Origin: a virus
Lineage: Duplodnaviria; Caudoviricetes
Strand: one strand, 5' to 3'
IMG/VR virus record: IMGVR_UViG_3300020045_006925
Location: 1-36,872 of that record
DNA: 36,872 bases
Shown: positions 8,048 through 16,193 of the stretch, piece after piece
Layout of the letters: each line of letters begins with the position of its first letter
Position numbering within the stretch: the stretch's first letter is position 1
Notes under the pieces: model-generated
Seen by the model: the letters and a program-made list of their open reading frames with translations, nothing else
The model's database searches: none
Told to the model about the DNA's origin: nothing
Program-made: the position numbers and the translations under genes

Positions 8048-8088
8048 TGTATTTTGTTGCTTTACAATTAAGAGCGCCTTGATATTCT
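8048..8088 (+). promoter_or_regulatory. Rightward early promoter 1 with 19-bp operator-like box
   Basis: TGTATTTTGTTGCTTTACA (8048-8066) containing -35 TTTACA, then 16 nt and TATTCT. Confidence 0.65.
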
Positions 8089-8141
8089 CAATCAATCGGA
8101 GCGGGAAACTCTGAAACAACCGGCAAACAAAGGACTTCAAA

Positions 8142-8441
8142 ATGACTAAAATCACAAAAGCCACATTCAAAAAATTCATTCGTCAAAACGAAGGCAAGCT
8201 TTTCATTAAGGTGCATTCGAAATTTGACAGCATGACCGATGGCATTCAATCAATGATTTCAGACTTCCGCGAGATCGAGAAAACAGAAAAGCATCTTGAG
8301 CATAATCTCGGGATTTTGGATTTGTGGCTCGTTGGCGGCGGTCATGATTATTTCTCTGAATTTACCGATGGCCAGTTCAAAGGCATTCGCGTTTCAAACT
8401 GCTGCGGATCACAAACGATCGCTATTTGGGATGGGGTGTAA
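8142..8441 (+). CDS. Hypothetical early protein (99 aa)
   Basis: AAGGA RBS; first gene after promoter. Confidence 0.8.
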   Translation: MTKITKATFKKFIRQNEGKLFIKVHSKFDSMTDGIQSMISDFREIEKTEKHLEHNLGILDLWLVGGGHDYFSEFTDGQFKGIRVSNCCGSQTIAIWDGV

Positions 8442-8443
8442 TC

Positions 8444-8677
8444 ATGGCAAAAAACATTCTCAAATTTCCAACCGATTTTGGCGGTGCTGATAAAACTCAA
8501 GAAGGATCATGGCTTGCAGGATATGCTGCTGGCGTGGCCGATGCGAAAAGAGGCGGTGCTGATTGCTTCGATCTAATCCGCGATAGCGGCCTATCCCTTC
8601 AAGATTTCATTGATGCGGGCGCCGATGAATACGATATCGATGATATTAAAGACCTTTTCGAAAAGGAGGGCGAATAA
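8444..8677 (+). CDS. Hypothetical acidic protein (77 aa)
   Basis: ATG 2 nt after upstream stop, GGGGTG RBS. Confidence 0.75.
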   Translation: MAKNILKFPTDFGGADKTQEGSWLAGYAAGVADAKRGGADCFDLIRDSGLSLQDFIDAGADEYDIDDIKDLFEKEGE

Positions 8678-8679
8678 TC

Positions 8680-8964
8680 ATGGCAAATGAAACTTTAATT
8701 TGGGGTCTTAAAAAAGCTGCTGTTGTCTTGCACGCGGTCGCAATGAAAATGCAACAAATCGAAACTGTTAAAGAAACTTTATCTTTGGTTTCTTGCATAT
8801 CTGAAGCCGTTAAAATTTTGGAAGCTCCGCAAATTAAGGAAACCCCAATGGAAGCTCTTGCAAAACGATATCAAGAGCGCTTCGAAAAAATGGATGAACT
8901 TGATCGAGAAGAGCTGAAAATCGCGCTCGATAGTTTCTTTCCGGAGGAGGATCAATCAGCATGA
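8680..8964 (+). CDS. Hypothetical protein (94 aa)
   Basis: AGGAGG RBS, tight packing. Confidence 0.8.
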   Translation: MANETLIWGLKKAAVVLHAVAMKMQQIETVKETLSLVSCISEAVKILEAPQIKETPMEALAKRYQERFEKMDELDREELKIALDSFFPEEDQSA

Positions 8965-9224
8965 ATAGAGAGCATCAATTTCAAATCCTGCTGAATACGA
9001 TGATCGCCATCGAAAACGGATCAACAGGCGCAGCCGCGAAAGAGGAATTTCAGCAAGAAGCACGCGATGCGCTTGTCAAAGCTGGCCTTTATATTCCACG
9101 ATCGGAGGCTGAAGAAGTTCGGCGCGAAGCTCAATCAATTGCTAATTTTCAAAGACAGATGGCAATGAATGACTTCGAGAAGCGCCGAAGAGTTAAACGC
9201 CTGAAGAAAGATATGGAGCATTAA
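8961..9224 (+). CDS. Hypothetical protein (87 aa)
   Basis: GGAGGAGG RBS, ATGA overlap. Confidence 0.8.
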   Translation: MNREHQFQILLNTMIAIENGSTGAAAKEEFQQEARDALVKAGLYIPRSEAEEVRREAQSIANFQRQMAMNDFEKRRRVKRLKKDMEH

Positions 9225-9226
9225 AC

Positions 9227-9439
9227 ATGGCCCGCGATCTTTTCGGTGAACGCCCAAAGCGGAGAAAGCGCAAATTGATGCACTTTATCGATGCAGGATG
9301 CTCACCATTTGAAGGCGGGATGCACTGCGCTCTTTTTAAATGCAAGCGCTGCGGATACGAGAGCGAATGGATACACGGATTAACAATAACCAAAATCAAA
9401 TCAGGCATAAAATGCCCCGAATGTTCAAAGGAGATTTAA
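9227..9439 (+). CDS. Zinc-ribbon protein (70 aa)
   Basis: CKRC...CPEC pairs; GGAG RBS. Confidence 0.75.
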   Translation: MARDLFGERPKRRKRKLMHFIDAGCSPFEGGMHCALFKCKRCGYESEWIHGLTITKIKSGIKCPECSKEI

Positions 9440-9441
9440 AA

Positions 9442-9882
9442 ATGTCATTACCCGATAACTGCAAAGTCATTGAAGATTTTGATGCGCAACGCTTTCAAGA
9501 TCGTGTGAATTTCGAAGTTGCTGAAGGATATGATCTTTCGTCCTCTTTCATCGATGCCGATCAATTCAAAGCGATCATGTATAAGCCTGTGATCGAAATA
9601 AGCGCAATGGCGGGGCCTATAAATATCGATATTAACGATCTCAAATCCAATATTGAAAAAGAGTGGACCAGAGACGAACAGCCTGGATCGATCCGCGCAG
9701 TGCCGAAAGACTTCTTCGATAAGGATTATCGGCCAGTGTTTTCAATGTCTGAAGCTGAATGGATGCGCCAAAACGATCCGACTTTGAATGATGATCTGCC
9801 ATTTTGGAAAGACCAAAACTTTCAGATTGCTTTATTCATTGCGGCGGTGTGGACAGCTGCTTTAGTGTATTACTGTTTATAA
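9442..9882 (+). CDS. Hypothetical protein with C-terminal membrane anchor (146 aa; possible DUF1737-like N-terminus)
   Basis: AAGGAG RBS before ATG 9442; hydrophobic C-terminus IALFIAAVWTAALVYYCL. Confidence 0.7.
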   Translation: MSLPDNCKVIEDFDAQRFQDRVNFEVAEGYDLSSSFIDADQFKAIMYKPVIEISAMAGPINIDINDLKSNIEKEWTRDEQPGSIRAVPKDFFDKDYRPVFSMSEAEWMRQNDPTLNDDLPFWKDQNFQIALFIAAVWTAALVYYCL

Positions 9883-9890
9883 GAATGTCC

Positions 9891-9952
9891 GAGCCGGACT
9901 AGCGGCGGGGTTTTCCCCCGAACACTTGCCCCGCCGCGATCTGGGCTCTTTT
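9891..9952 (+). terminator. Long GC-rich stem-loop (terminator, attenuator or processing site)
   Basis: GAGCC..GCGGCGGGG / CCCCGCCGC..GGCTC followed by TTTT, intergenic. Confidence 0.5.
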
Positions 9953-9963
9953 AAGAGGTAAAA

Positions 9964-10149
9964 ATGAAAACCGTTTCAATCACGCTGCGAATTGATCCTT
10001 TGATTAAAGATGCTTTATCAGAAATTGCATGGGCTGAAAGGAGAAGTTTATCTTCTTTAATCGATAGCCTTCTTTATAGCCACGCGATGCAAAATATGAA
10101 TAAAATCATCGAAGCAAAAGAAGCTCACAAAAAACTGGAGAATTTATAA
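9964..10149 (+). CDS. Ribbon-helix-helix (CopG/Arc-like) DNA-binding protein
   Basis: SITLRIDPLIKDALSEIAWAERRSLSSLI pattern; AGAGG RBS. Confidence 0.75.
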   Translation: MKTVSITLRIDPLIKDALSEIAWAERRSLSSLIDSLLYSHAMQNMNKIIEAKEAHKKLENL

Positions 10150-10150
10150 A

Positions 10151-10366
10151 ATGGCTACAAAGTTTGATGATCTTGCGATCGATGCTGAATTTTCTGCAAA
10201 GGGTCGGCAATGGAAAAAGAAAACCGCGCGCGGCGCAGAGTGTCTCGATCGGAACGCACCTTTTGATGCTGGCACGATCATCGCGTTCGAGTGGAATGCA
10301 AACGTGGTACCCAAAAAAGAAAAAAGCACCTTCGATCCAAATTCAATCTTCAGACAGAAAGCTTAA
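10151..10366 (+). CDS. Hypothetical protein (71 aa)
   Basis: GGAG RBS, tight packing. Confidence 0.7.
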   Translation: MATKFDDLAIDAEFSAKGRQWKKKTARGAECLDRNAPFDAGTIIAFEWNANVVPKKEKSTFDPNSIFRQKA

Positions 10367-10369
10367 ATC

Positions 10370-10750
10370 ATGACAAAAAGATACGGACGCAATCAGCGCA
10401 GAAAGCATCGTGAAGAGCAAAAATTTATGCAATTCCAGATGCAACAATATGATGGAACAATCCGCCGCCTTAAATATCAGCTTTCGGATCAAAGAAATAT
10501 TGGCTTCAATGATTACGCAAAAAATCATGCTCTTTATGACTTGGCAATTAAAGAAATCGCCCGATCCTTTGGCCCAATTATAGGCGAAAAACTAAAACCT
10601 TATGCAGAGCAATTGCTGAAGCAGGTCGCTTACGATGATCGTATGCCTATGACTATCGATCTTCAGGATAAATTCGGCGTAGCGCATGAGCAGATCATGA
10701 CAATAACCTTAAATAGCTCAAGATCAATCGTTATCGGATTAAGGGGGTAA
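10370..10750 (+). CDS. Hypothetical protein (126 aa)
   Basis: Co-oriented, tight packing, basic N-terminus KRYGRNQRRKHR. Confidence 0.75.
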   Translation: MTKRYGRNQRRKHREEQKFMQFQMQQYDGTIRRLKYQLSDQRNIGFNDYAKNHALYDLAIKEIARSFGPIIGEKLKPYAEQLLKQVAYDDRMPMTIDLQDKFGVAHEQIMTITLNSSRSIVIGLRG

Positions 10751-10753
10751 ATC

Positions 10754-11347
10754 ATGATCTTAACAAACGAAAAAATGAAGAATGCGATCGAAAAATGTCA
10801 CGTCATAGCGCCGGAGCTGAGCCAGCAGCAGATCAATGCTATTCTTTATCATGCTCACGGAGTATTTTTTGAAACAGAAAAAATTGGTCATTTCGAATTT
10901 ATGGGTATTAAAATTTGCGATGTCACAAAAGAAAATTTTGAAGCTGTCTCAATTTTGAAAGAAGCCACGCAAAGTATGCTCTCTCCTTCAGCAGAAAAAG
11001 ATGCAGAAATCAAATCTCTCAAAAACGCCTTGCATGACGTTCTGAAGGCGATCATCAAGCCTGATAACGGCGTCGAAGATACGATTTGGGTGCATGATTG
11101 CAGTCCGATCGGAGATTTCATCATGGGATTTCTTGATGAAGATATCGATCTCGATGCGCTGCAAAATGCTCCGTATCGATGCAAGCAAACTGCTGAAATG
11201 TTTTCGCAGCCAATAATTGAGGGGCTTGAGATCGCTTTAGATTGTAAAAATATTCAAGCGCTCGATGATGGAAAATATGAAGTTGGAATTGAAGTAGTAA
11301 ATGCAGCTCAAGCATATCTTGAAATTCAGCAGAGGAAAAAATCATGA
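10754..11347 (+). CDS. Hypothetical protein (197 aa)
   Basis: AAGGGGG RBS, long ORF in operon. Confidence 0.8.
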   Translation: MILTNEKMKNAIEKCHVIAPELSQQQINAILYHAHGVFFETEKIGHFEFMGIKICDVTKENFEAVSILKEATQSMLSPSAEKDAEIKSLKNALHDVLKAIIKPDNGVEDTIWVHDCSPIGDFIMGFLDEDIDLDALQNAPYRCKQTAEMFSQPIIEGLEIALDCKNIQALDDGKYEVGIEVVNAAQAYLEIQQRKKS

Positions 11348-11727
11348 TCAAATATTTGCCGAGAGGCTTCTTTCCCTGTCATATCGGAATTTGCTTTGAT
11401 GCTAAATCATTCGATAAGGAAATGAGGCTGCACAACGTCAAAAAGCAGGACTTCTTGGCAAGCGATCACGCCACGGCCACGCTTCATTATTTTGAGGGCA
11501 AGAACAGCCTTATTTGCATCATGTGCATTGATAAAGCTGGCCTAAAAAATCACTGTCCGATCGAGATTGCAGGGCTTTGCGCACACGAAGCGCTGCACGT
11601 CTGGCAGCAAGTGAAAATTTATGTGGGCGAGAAAGAGCCGGGCGCAGAAACAGAAGCTTATTTCTTGCAACACACAATGCAGTTTTTCATGGATGAAACT
11701 TTGAAAGCGAAAAAGAAAAAATCATGA
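11344..11727 (+). CDS. HExxH-motif protein, putative zincin-like metallopeptidase fold
   Basis: CAHEALHVW followed by E..AY; ATGA overlap. Confidence 0.65.
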   Translation: MIKYLPRGFFPCHIGICFDAKSFDKEMRLHNVKKQDFLASDHATATLHYFEGKNSLICIMCIDKAGLKNHCPIEIAGLCAHEALHVWQQVKIYVGEKEPGAETEAYFLQHTMQFFMDETLKAKKKKS

Positions 11728-11906
11728 CCAAAGTTATCGATCTCACTCTTGATCAGCCTTTAAATAAGCGCCCAGACGATCTTTGCCGCGATATGGATGA
11801 AGATTGCCCTCAAGTCGTTTGCAAGATCACCTGCTGGCTGCACGCGCCAGAGCTGGGTATTTGCCCCTATATTACCGTTAATCAACCCGAGGAAATAAAA
11901 TCATGA
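11724..11906 (+). CDS. Hypothetical Cys-rich protein (60 aa)
   Basis: ATGA overlaps; five Cys. Confidence 0.65.
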   Translation: MTKVIDLTLDQPLNKRPDDLCRDMDEDCPQVVCKITCWLHAPELGICPYITVNQPEEIKS

Positions 11907-12106
11907 TCGCATTCGATTGGAGTACGGCAAAAAAGGGAATGTGTTTTAAAGTCGAGGGCTTCAGTCAAAAGATGTGGCTTGAAAAACAATGCCCGATCGA
12001 TCCGCGCTGCGTAGAAGTATCTATCGAGCCTATGGTTTATGAGTTCAACGAAACTAAAACTTTTAAAAAATCCGCTTTAACCCGTTTTCCTGAAGGAGAC
12101 AAATAG
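11903..12106 (+). CDS. Hypothetical protein (67 aa)
   Basis: GAGG RBS, ATGA overlap. Confidence 0.75.
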   Translation: MIAFDWSTAKKGMCFKVEGFSQKMWLEKQCPIDPRCVEVSIEPMVYEFNETKTFKKSALTRFPEGDK

Positions 12107-12107
12107 C

Positions 12108-12239
12108 ATGATTGATCATATTCGAGATCACAATCGCAGAGAGCGCAAGAAGGCTTTCCTGCATCAATGCAGTAAAATCGTTTTCATTCTTTATATGGCC
12201 GCAGCCTTTGGGATGCTTGTCGGATTAACGGTCTTATAA
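12108..12239 (+). CDS. Small membrane protein (43 aa, MIDHIRDHNRRERKKAF...; not in ORF track)
   Basis: AAGGAG RBS; basic N-terminus plus one hydrophobic helix. Confidence 0.65.
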   Translation: MIDHIRDHNRRERKKAFLHQCSKIVFILYMAAAFGMLVGLTVL

Positions 12240-12325
12240 TGCCGATACATCAGCTCATTCATGACGGAGAACAAGAATATCTTTCTCTTTCGCATTGGGG
12301 ATTATTCCCTTTCCCGCAGATAATG

Positions 12326-12352
12326 AAAAGCCCCGATTAAGGGGCTTTTTTT
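12326..12352. terminator. Bidirectional intrinsic terminator
   Basis: AAAAGCCCC-GATTAA-GGGGCTTTTTTT between convergent operons. Confidence 0.88.
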
Positions 12353-12566
12353 ATGTCGCATATTGAGGATAATTTTTATTCCAAAGCTCATTCATTTGCT
12401 TGATCTGCTTTGGATTGCGCGGAAAGGTTTTGCTTTCAGGGGCCCAGCTTGTGCGCCAGCGCTTATCGAGCTTGTGCATCAATAATGACCATCCTCTTTT
12501 TACCGCTCGATTGTATTGAAATTCGCTTTCTTTTTTGCTGATATTTCTTTGTTTATTTAATCCCAT
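12351..12566 (-). CDS. Hypothetical basic protein (71 aa, MGLNKQRN...)
   Basis: AAGGAG RBS before ATG 12566. Confidence 0.7.
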   Translation of the reverse strand: MGLNKQRNISKKESEFQYNRAVKRGWSLLMHKLDKRWRTSWAPESKTFPRNPKQIKQMNELWNKNYPQYAT

Positions 12567-12567
12567 T

Positions 12568-13023
12568 TTAATCTCCTTGATAAAGTTGGTTGAAAAGTTC
12601 CATTGGGTCGTCATAGCGTTGATCGGGCATTTCTTCCATGATGATGATCACTTGCCCGCCTTGATCTTTGCTGATCCTCTTGAGCGCCGTTATATCATCG
12701 ATCTGGCTATCATTTTCAAAGAACTTATGCTGAAGGAAATCCTGGCAAACTTTGATCCGATTGTCCGTATCTCCGGCCTGCGTTTTGAAAATGAAAATAT
12801 ATTGAACTTTGATCCTGCCCCGAAGGAAAGTCACCTTCGATTTAAGGCAATGATCTCGAAATGCTATCGCGGCCCACTGAAGCCAATTTGTGTATTCTTC
12901 AGATCGTGAAATTGTTCGATCAGATCCGTATCGTGCAGCCGTCCTCCCTTTGCTGAATTTGCGGCCCACGGAATGAGCTGCGTTTATCGATGGGGGCATT
13001 GGGAGGACGATTGCGTACTTCAT
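12568..13023 (-). CDS. rusA: RusA-family Holliday junction resolvase
   Basis: LPMPPSIN N-terminus, DTDNRIK..QD and ENDSQI catalytic motifs. Confidence 0.9.
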   Translation of the reverse strand: MKYAIVLPMPPSINAAHSVGRKFSKGRTAARYGSDRTISRSEEYTNWLQWAAIAFRDHCLKSKVTFLRGRIKVQYIFIFKTQAGDTDNRIKVCQDFLQHKFFENDSQIDDITALKRISKDQGGQVIIIMEEMPDQRYDDPMELFNQLYQGD

Positions 13024-13512
13024 TTAGTGAGTTGCTCCGGCTTGAGCAGCTTCAGCCTTTGCAGCTTTGGCCGCTTGAGCTTTCTGCACTGCATCCGCAA
13101 GGCCTTTGCCGAAGGTTTTTGATTTATCGACTTTTTCAGCAGCTTCAGCTTCTTCTTTCTCGACTTCGCCTTTTGTTTTCAATTCAACTTTCGGCACTTC
13201 AATTTGCTGAAAGAACAGATTTAATTGATGGAATGTACCGAAGGCGCGAAGATAAGAAACCAAAGCAAGCAAGTGATCTTTCGCCATATCTTCAGGCATA
13301 TCGTTGATCGTTTTCGCCATCTTGAAAGCACGTTTATTTGCACCGGCTTCTTCAAGATTTTTATAGTCTGCGGAGATATCGCCGCGAAGTTTTTCGCCTT
13401 TTGCTTCGAATGCTTCGATCGATTTGCGGTACTTATTGATCGCCGCAACTGAAATATTGCCGTGGCACATTTCATCTTGTTTTGGCTCGGGTGGGCGGGT
13501 AGATGCGCTCAT
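13024..13512 (-). CDS. GapR/DUF2312-like DNA-binding protein with Ala/Lys-rich tail
   Basis: IEAFEAK..LRGDISADYKNLEEAGANKRAFK...YLRAFG resembles the GapR helical pattern; AAGGA RBS before ATG 13512. Confidence 0.6.
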   Translation of the reverse strand: MSASTRPPEPKQDEMCHGNISVAAINKYRKSIEAFEAKGEKLRGDISADYKNLEEAGANKRAFKMAKTINDMPEDMAKDHLLALVSYLRAFGTFHQLNLFFQQIEVPKVELKTKGEVEKEEAEAAEKVDKSKTFGKGLADAVQKAQAAKAAKAEAAQAGATH

Positions 13513-13537
13513 AATTTTATCCTTTGTTGTGGGTTGA

Positions 13538-13699
13538 TTATTTAACGTGCTTAGTGACTGCAAACATTACTTCTTGCGTAATTGTTCTGCAATTTTTTTC
13601 AGCCGACTTCTTAAGCTTTTCGCCTATATCTTCAGGCAATCGGATATTTATCGGGATAGTTTTTAGCTTTTCGGCCTTTTCTTCTTTTGGTTTAGTCAT
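13538..13699 (-). CDS. Arc-family ribbon-helix-helix repressor (53 aa)
   Basis: INIRLPEDIGEKLKKSAEKNCRTITQEV matches the Arc pattern; AGGAG RBS before ATG 13699. Confidence 0.85.
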   Translation of the reverse strand: MTKPKEEKAEKLKTIPINIRLPEDIGEKLKKSAEKNCRTITQEVMFAVTKHVK

Positions 13700-13717
13700 T
13701 TTGAAAAATTCTCCTAA

Positions 13718-13762
13718 AAATGTATTTTTCTGCTTTACATTTAAGATATGACGCGATTTAAT
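13718..13762 (+). promoter_or_regulatory. Rightward early promoter 2 with operator-like box
   Basis: AAATGTA-N11-TACATTT inverted repeat (13718-13742); -35 TTTACA, 17 nt, TTTAAT. Confidence 0.65.
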
Positions 13763-13786
13763 GAAAAAATCAAGAGGTAATAAAAA

Positions 13787-14035
13787 ATGAACAATCACGA
13801 AAAAGACGAATTCTTAACAATTATCTGCAAACTGCATGAAGTTGCGCTTCGCTGCAATTTATCAAACGATATATTGATGGCGCTTGCTGGGACTTTCACA
13901 ATTGCAAAATATGAGTTTGAAAAGCCTTATCCGTGGCCTGTTCAGGTTATTTCGACCGATGAACAATATCAAAAGTTCTTCAAAGAAAATACTTCTCCGA
14001 TCCCTATCAACCTATACATTCAACCAAAGGAATAA
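13787..14035 (+). CDS. Hypothetical protein (82 aa)
   Basis: AGAGG RBS, first gene of operon. Confidence 0.7.
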   Translation: MNNHEKDEFLTIICKLHEVALRCNLSNDILMALAGTFTIAKYEFEKPYPWPVQVISTDEQYQKFFKENTSPIPINLYIQPKE

Positions 14036-14040
14036 AAATC

Positions 14041-15240
14041 ATGAACGACCCTAGACTTTCAATTGGCGCTAATCACCCGCCTTCAGTAGAAGAAGAAATT
14101 CACCGTAAGCTGCTGCAAGATTATGCAGAGGAATTCGGAATGGCCGAAAGCTTGCTTTCAAAAGCTGCTGATCTGCCCCCTGAAGTCAATAATGACGAAC
14201 AATCAGGCCAATATTCAGACTTCTTGAAACGCTTGAAAGGCTCTGAAAAGATGCTTGACGGTCTGCGCAAAACTGAAAAAGAGGTTTATTCAGTCAAAGC
14301 AAACGCGGTCCACAACTTCTTCAAAAGGAAGATCGATATGATCACGGACAAGCAAAAAGACCTTTCGGACGTTTTAGCAAAATACCTTGCTGCAAAAGAA
14401 GACGAACGCCGCAGAGCTGCTGCTGAAAAGGCTGCTGCCGAACGTGCTGAAGCCGAGCGCAAAATGCGTGAAGCTGAAGCTGCTGCTGAAATTGCACGCG
14501 AAGCACAACGCAAAGCCGAAGAAGAAGCCAGAGCTGCTGAAGCTGCTGCTGAAGCCGCCCGTCAAAAAGCTGCTGCTGAAGCCGCTGAAGCACGCCGTAA
14601 AGCTGAAGCCGAAGCTGCTGAAATTCGCCGCAAAGCTGAAGAAGAGCGTGCCAAGCAACAGGCCGAAATCGATAAAATGAAAGCTGAAGCTGCGAAAGCT
14701 CAAGAAGCTGAAGAAATGTCAAAACGTGAAGCCCAGCGCCAAATCCGCGAAGCTGAAGAAAGACAGAAAGAAGCCGAACGCGCTGCCAAAGCTTCAGAAA
14801 AAGAAGCTAAGGAAAAGATCGAGCAAGCCGAGAAAAATGCGAAGGAAGCGATGAAAGCTGCCCGCGAAATCGAGCGCGATGCAGAGATCAAAGCGCACGA
14901 AGCCAGCAAAGAAGCAAACGCGCTGCAAAAGGATGCAAACCGCAGCCTTGATCAAGCCGCACGCGCTTCGAAATTTGCCGATAAAACAGAGCGCCAGACC
15001 GCTTCAGCAACTACCGCCGAAATGTCTCGCACGCGCGGCGATAGCTCGATGGCTTCGATCACTGAAAAATGGGTGGGTCGCCCAATCAGCCGCGAAGAGT
15101 TGTTTCAATCTGCCGAGCTGCTATGGGATCACATTCCTTATGATGCCTTAGAGCAAGCCGTTCAATCAGCCGTAAACGCCGGAGAAAGAATTATTCCAGG
15201 CGCAAACGTATTCCAAGAAACGAAAGCGGTCGTCAGATAA
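14041..15240 (+). CDS. Long coiled-coil protein of the recombination module (Gp157/DUF1351-like termini)
   Basis: IGANHPP N-terminus, about 200-aa A/E/K/R-rich helix, C-terminal AGERIIPGANVF; upstream of exonuclease and RecT. Confidence 0.7.
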   Translation: MNDPRLSIGANHPPSVEEEIHRKLLQDYAEEFGMAESLLSKAADLPPEVNNDEQSGQYSDFLKRLKGSEKMLDGLRKTEKEVYSVKANAVHNFFKRKIDMITDKQKDLSDVLAKYLAAKEDERRRAAAEKAAAERAEAERKMREAEAAAEIAREAQRKAEEEARAAEAAAEAARQKAAAEAAEARRKAEAEAAEIRRKAEEERAKQQAEIDKMKAEAAKAQEAEEMSKREAQRQIREAEERQKEAERAAKASEKEAKEKIEQAEKNAKEAMKAAREIERDAEIKAHEASKEANALQKDANRSLDQAARASKFADKTERQTASATTAEMSRTRGDSSMASITEKWVGRPISREELFQSAELLWDHIPYDALEQAVQSAVNAGERIIPGANVFQETKAVVR

Positions 15241-15242
15241 TC

Positions 15243-16175
15243 ATGGCAATCTTTAAATTTGATACAGAGGCGCAATGGCTGGGCGTGAAATCGAAAGATA
15301 TCACTTCGACGGAGGTTGCGCCTCTTTTGGGGATTTCCCCTTATAAAACCCGCTTTCGGCTTTGGCAGGAAAAGGCGGGCAATATTGAAAGCGATTTCGA
15401 AGACAGTCCGTTTACGCGCTGGGGGCGGAGGCTTCAGATACCCGTTGCTTTAGGCATAGCGGACGATATGGGCTGGTCTTGCAAAGATTTGACGTTACTC
15501 TATGCGCAGCACCCAACTTTGCGCCTAGGGGCTTCTATGGATCACGAAATAGGATGCGAAAAGCGCGGTCGAGGATTACAAGAGGTTAAAACAACCTCTT
15601 TTTTCACCTCTGAAGGCGGCTGGGAAGAAGAAGCTGCTCCGATTGAGTATGAATGCCAGCTTCAGACACAGCTTCACCTTGCGCACATCAACGGCGATCC
15701 TTTTGATTTCGGCGTGATCTCTGCGCTTGATGGCCGCAAAAACACGAAGAACTATTTCCGAATTTACGATGCAAAGTTTGGCGCCAAACTCGAATATGAA
15801 ACGGCTGCTTTTTGGCAATCCATCATCGATAATAATCCGCCCGATCCTGATTATATCGCAGATCAAGAGCTGATCCAGATGCTCTTGCCTAAAACACGGC
15901 CAAAGGAAAAGCGCGATTTCACGAATAATCCTCAAGCCGTGGAACTGTTAAGAATTTACAACGATACGGAGGTGCTTTTAAAGCCTTTGCGTGAACAAAT
16001 AAAACCTTTGGAAAACCGCAGAAAAGAGGCAAAAAATCAACTTTTAAGCATGATCGGCAACGCTGAATATGTTACCATCGGCAAAACTCAAATAGTGGCA
16101 AAAGAGGTCGAGAAAGAAGATGCTTTTGTTTACGGGTCAACGCGCAGAACATTCAACCTTAGAAAACTAAAATAA
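15243..16175 (+). CDS. YqaJ/lambda-exonuclease-like recombination nuclease
   Basis: WL..K..ITSTEVAPLLGISPYKT..LWQEK, LGASMD, EVKT, Y.CQLQ.Q motifs. Confidence 0.92.
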   Translation: MAIFKFDTEAQWLGVKSKDITSTEVAPLLGISPYKTRFRLWQEKAGNIESDFEDSPFTRWGRRLQIPVALGIADDMGWSCKDLTLLYAQHPTLRLGASMDHEIGCEKRGRGLQEVKTTSFFTSEGGWEEEAAPIEYECQLQTQLHLAHINGDPFDFGVISALDGRKNTKNYFRIYDAKFGAKLEYETAAFWQSIIDNNPPDPDYIADQELIQMLLPKTRPKEKRDFTNNPQAVELLRIYNDTEVLLKPLREQIKPLENRRKEAKNQLLSMIGNAEYVTIGKTQIVAKEVEKEDAFVYGSTRRTFNLRKLK

Positions 16176-16193
16176 TCATGAAAGGATTATACC

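Noticed and set aside
8048-8066. Operator as a host NifA (TGT-N10-ACA) or TyrR (TGTAAA-N6-TTTACA) site
   Set aside because: Spacing here is TGT-N13-ACA and matches neither
14400-14800. GCTGCTGAA-type repeats as a CRISPR or tandem array
   Set aside because: Irregular, in-frame codon repeats of an Ala/Glu/Lys-rich helix; no repeat-spacer periodicity and no cas genes
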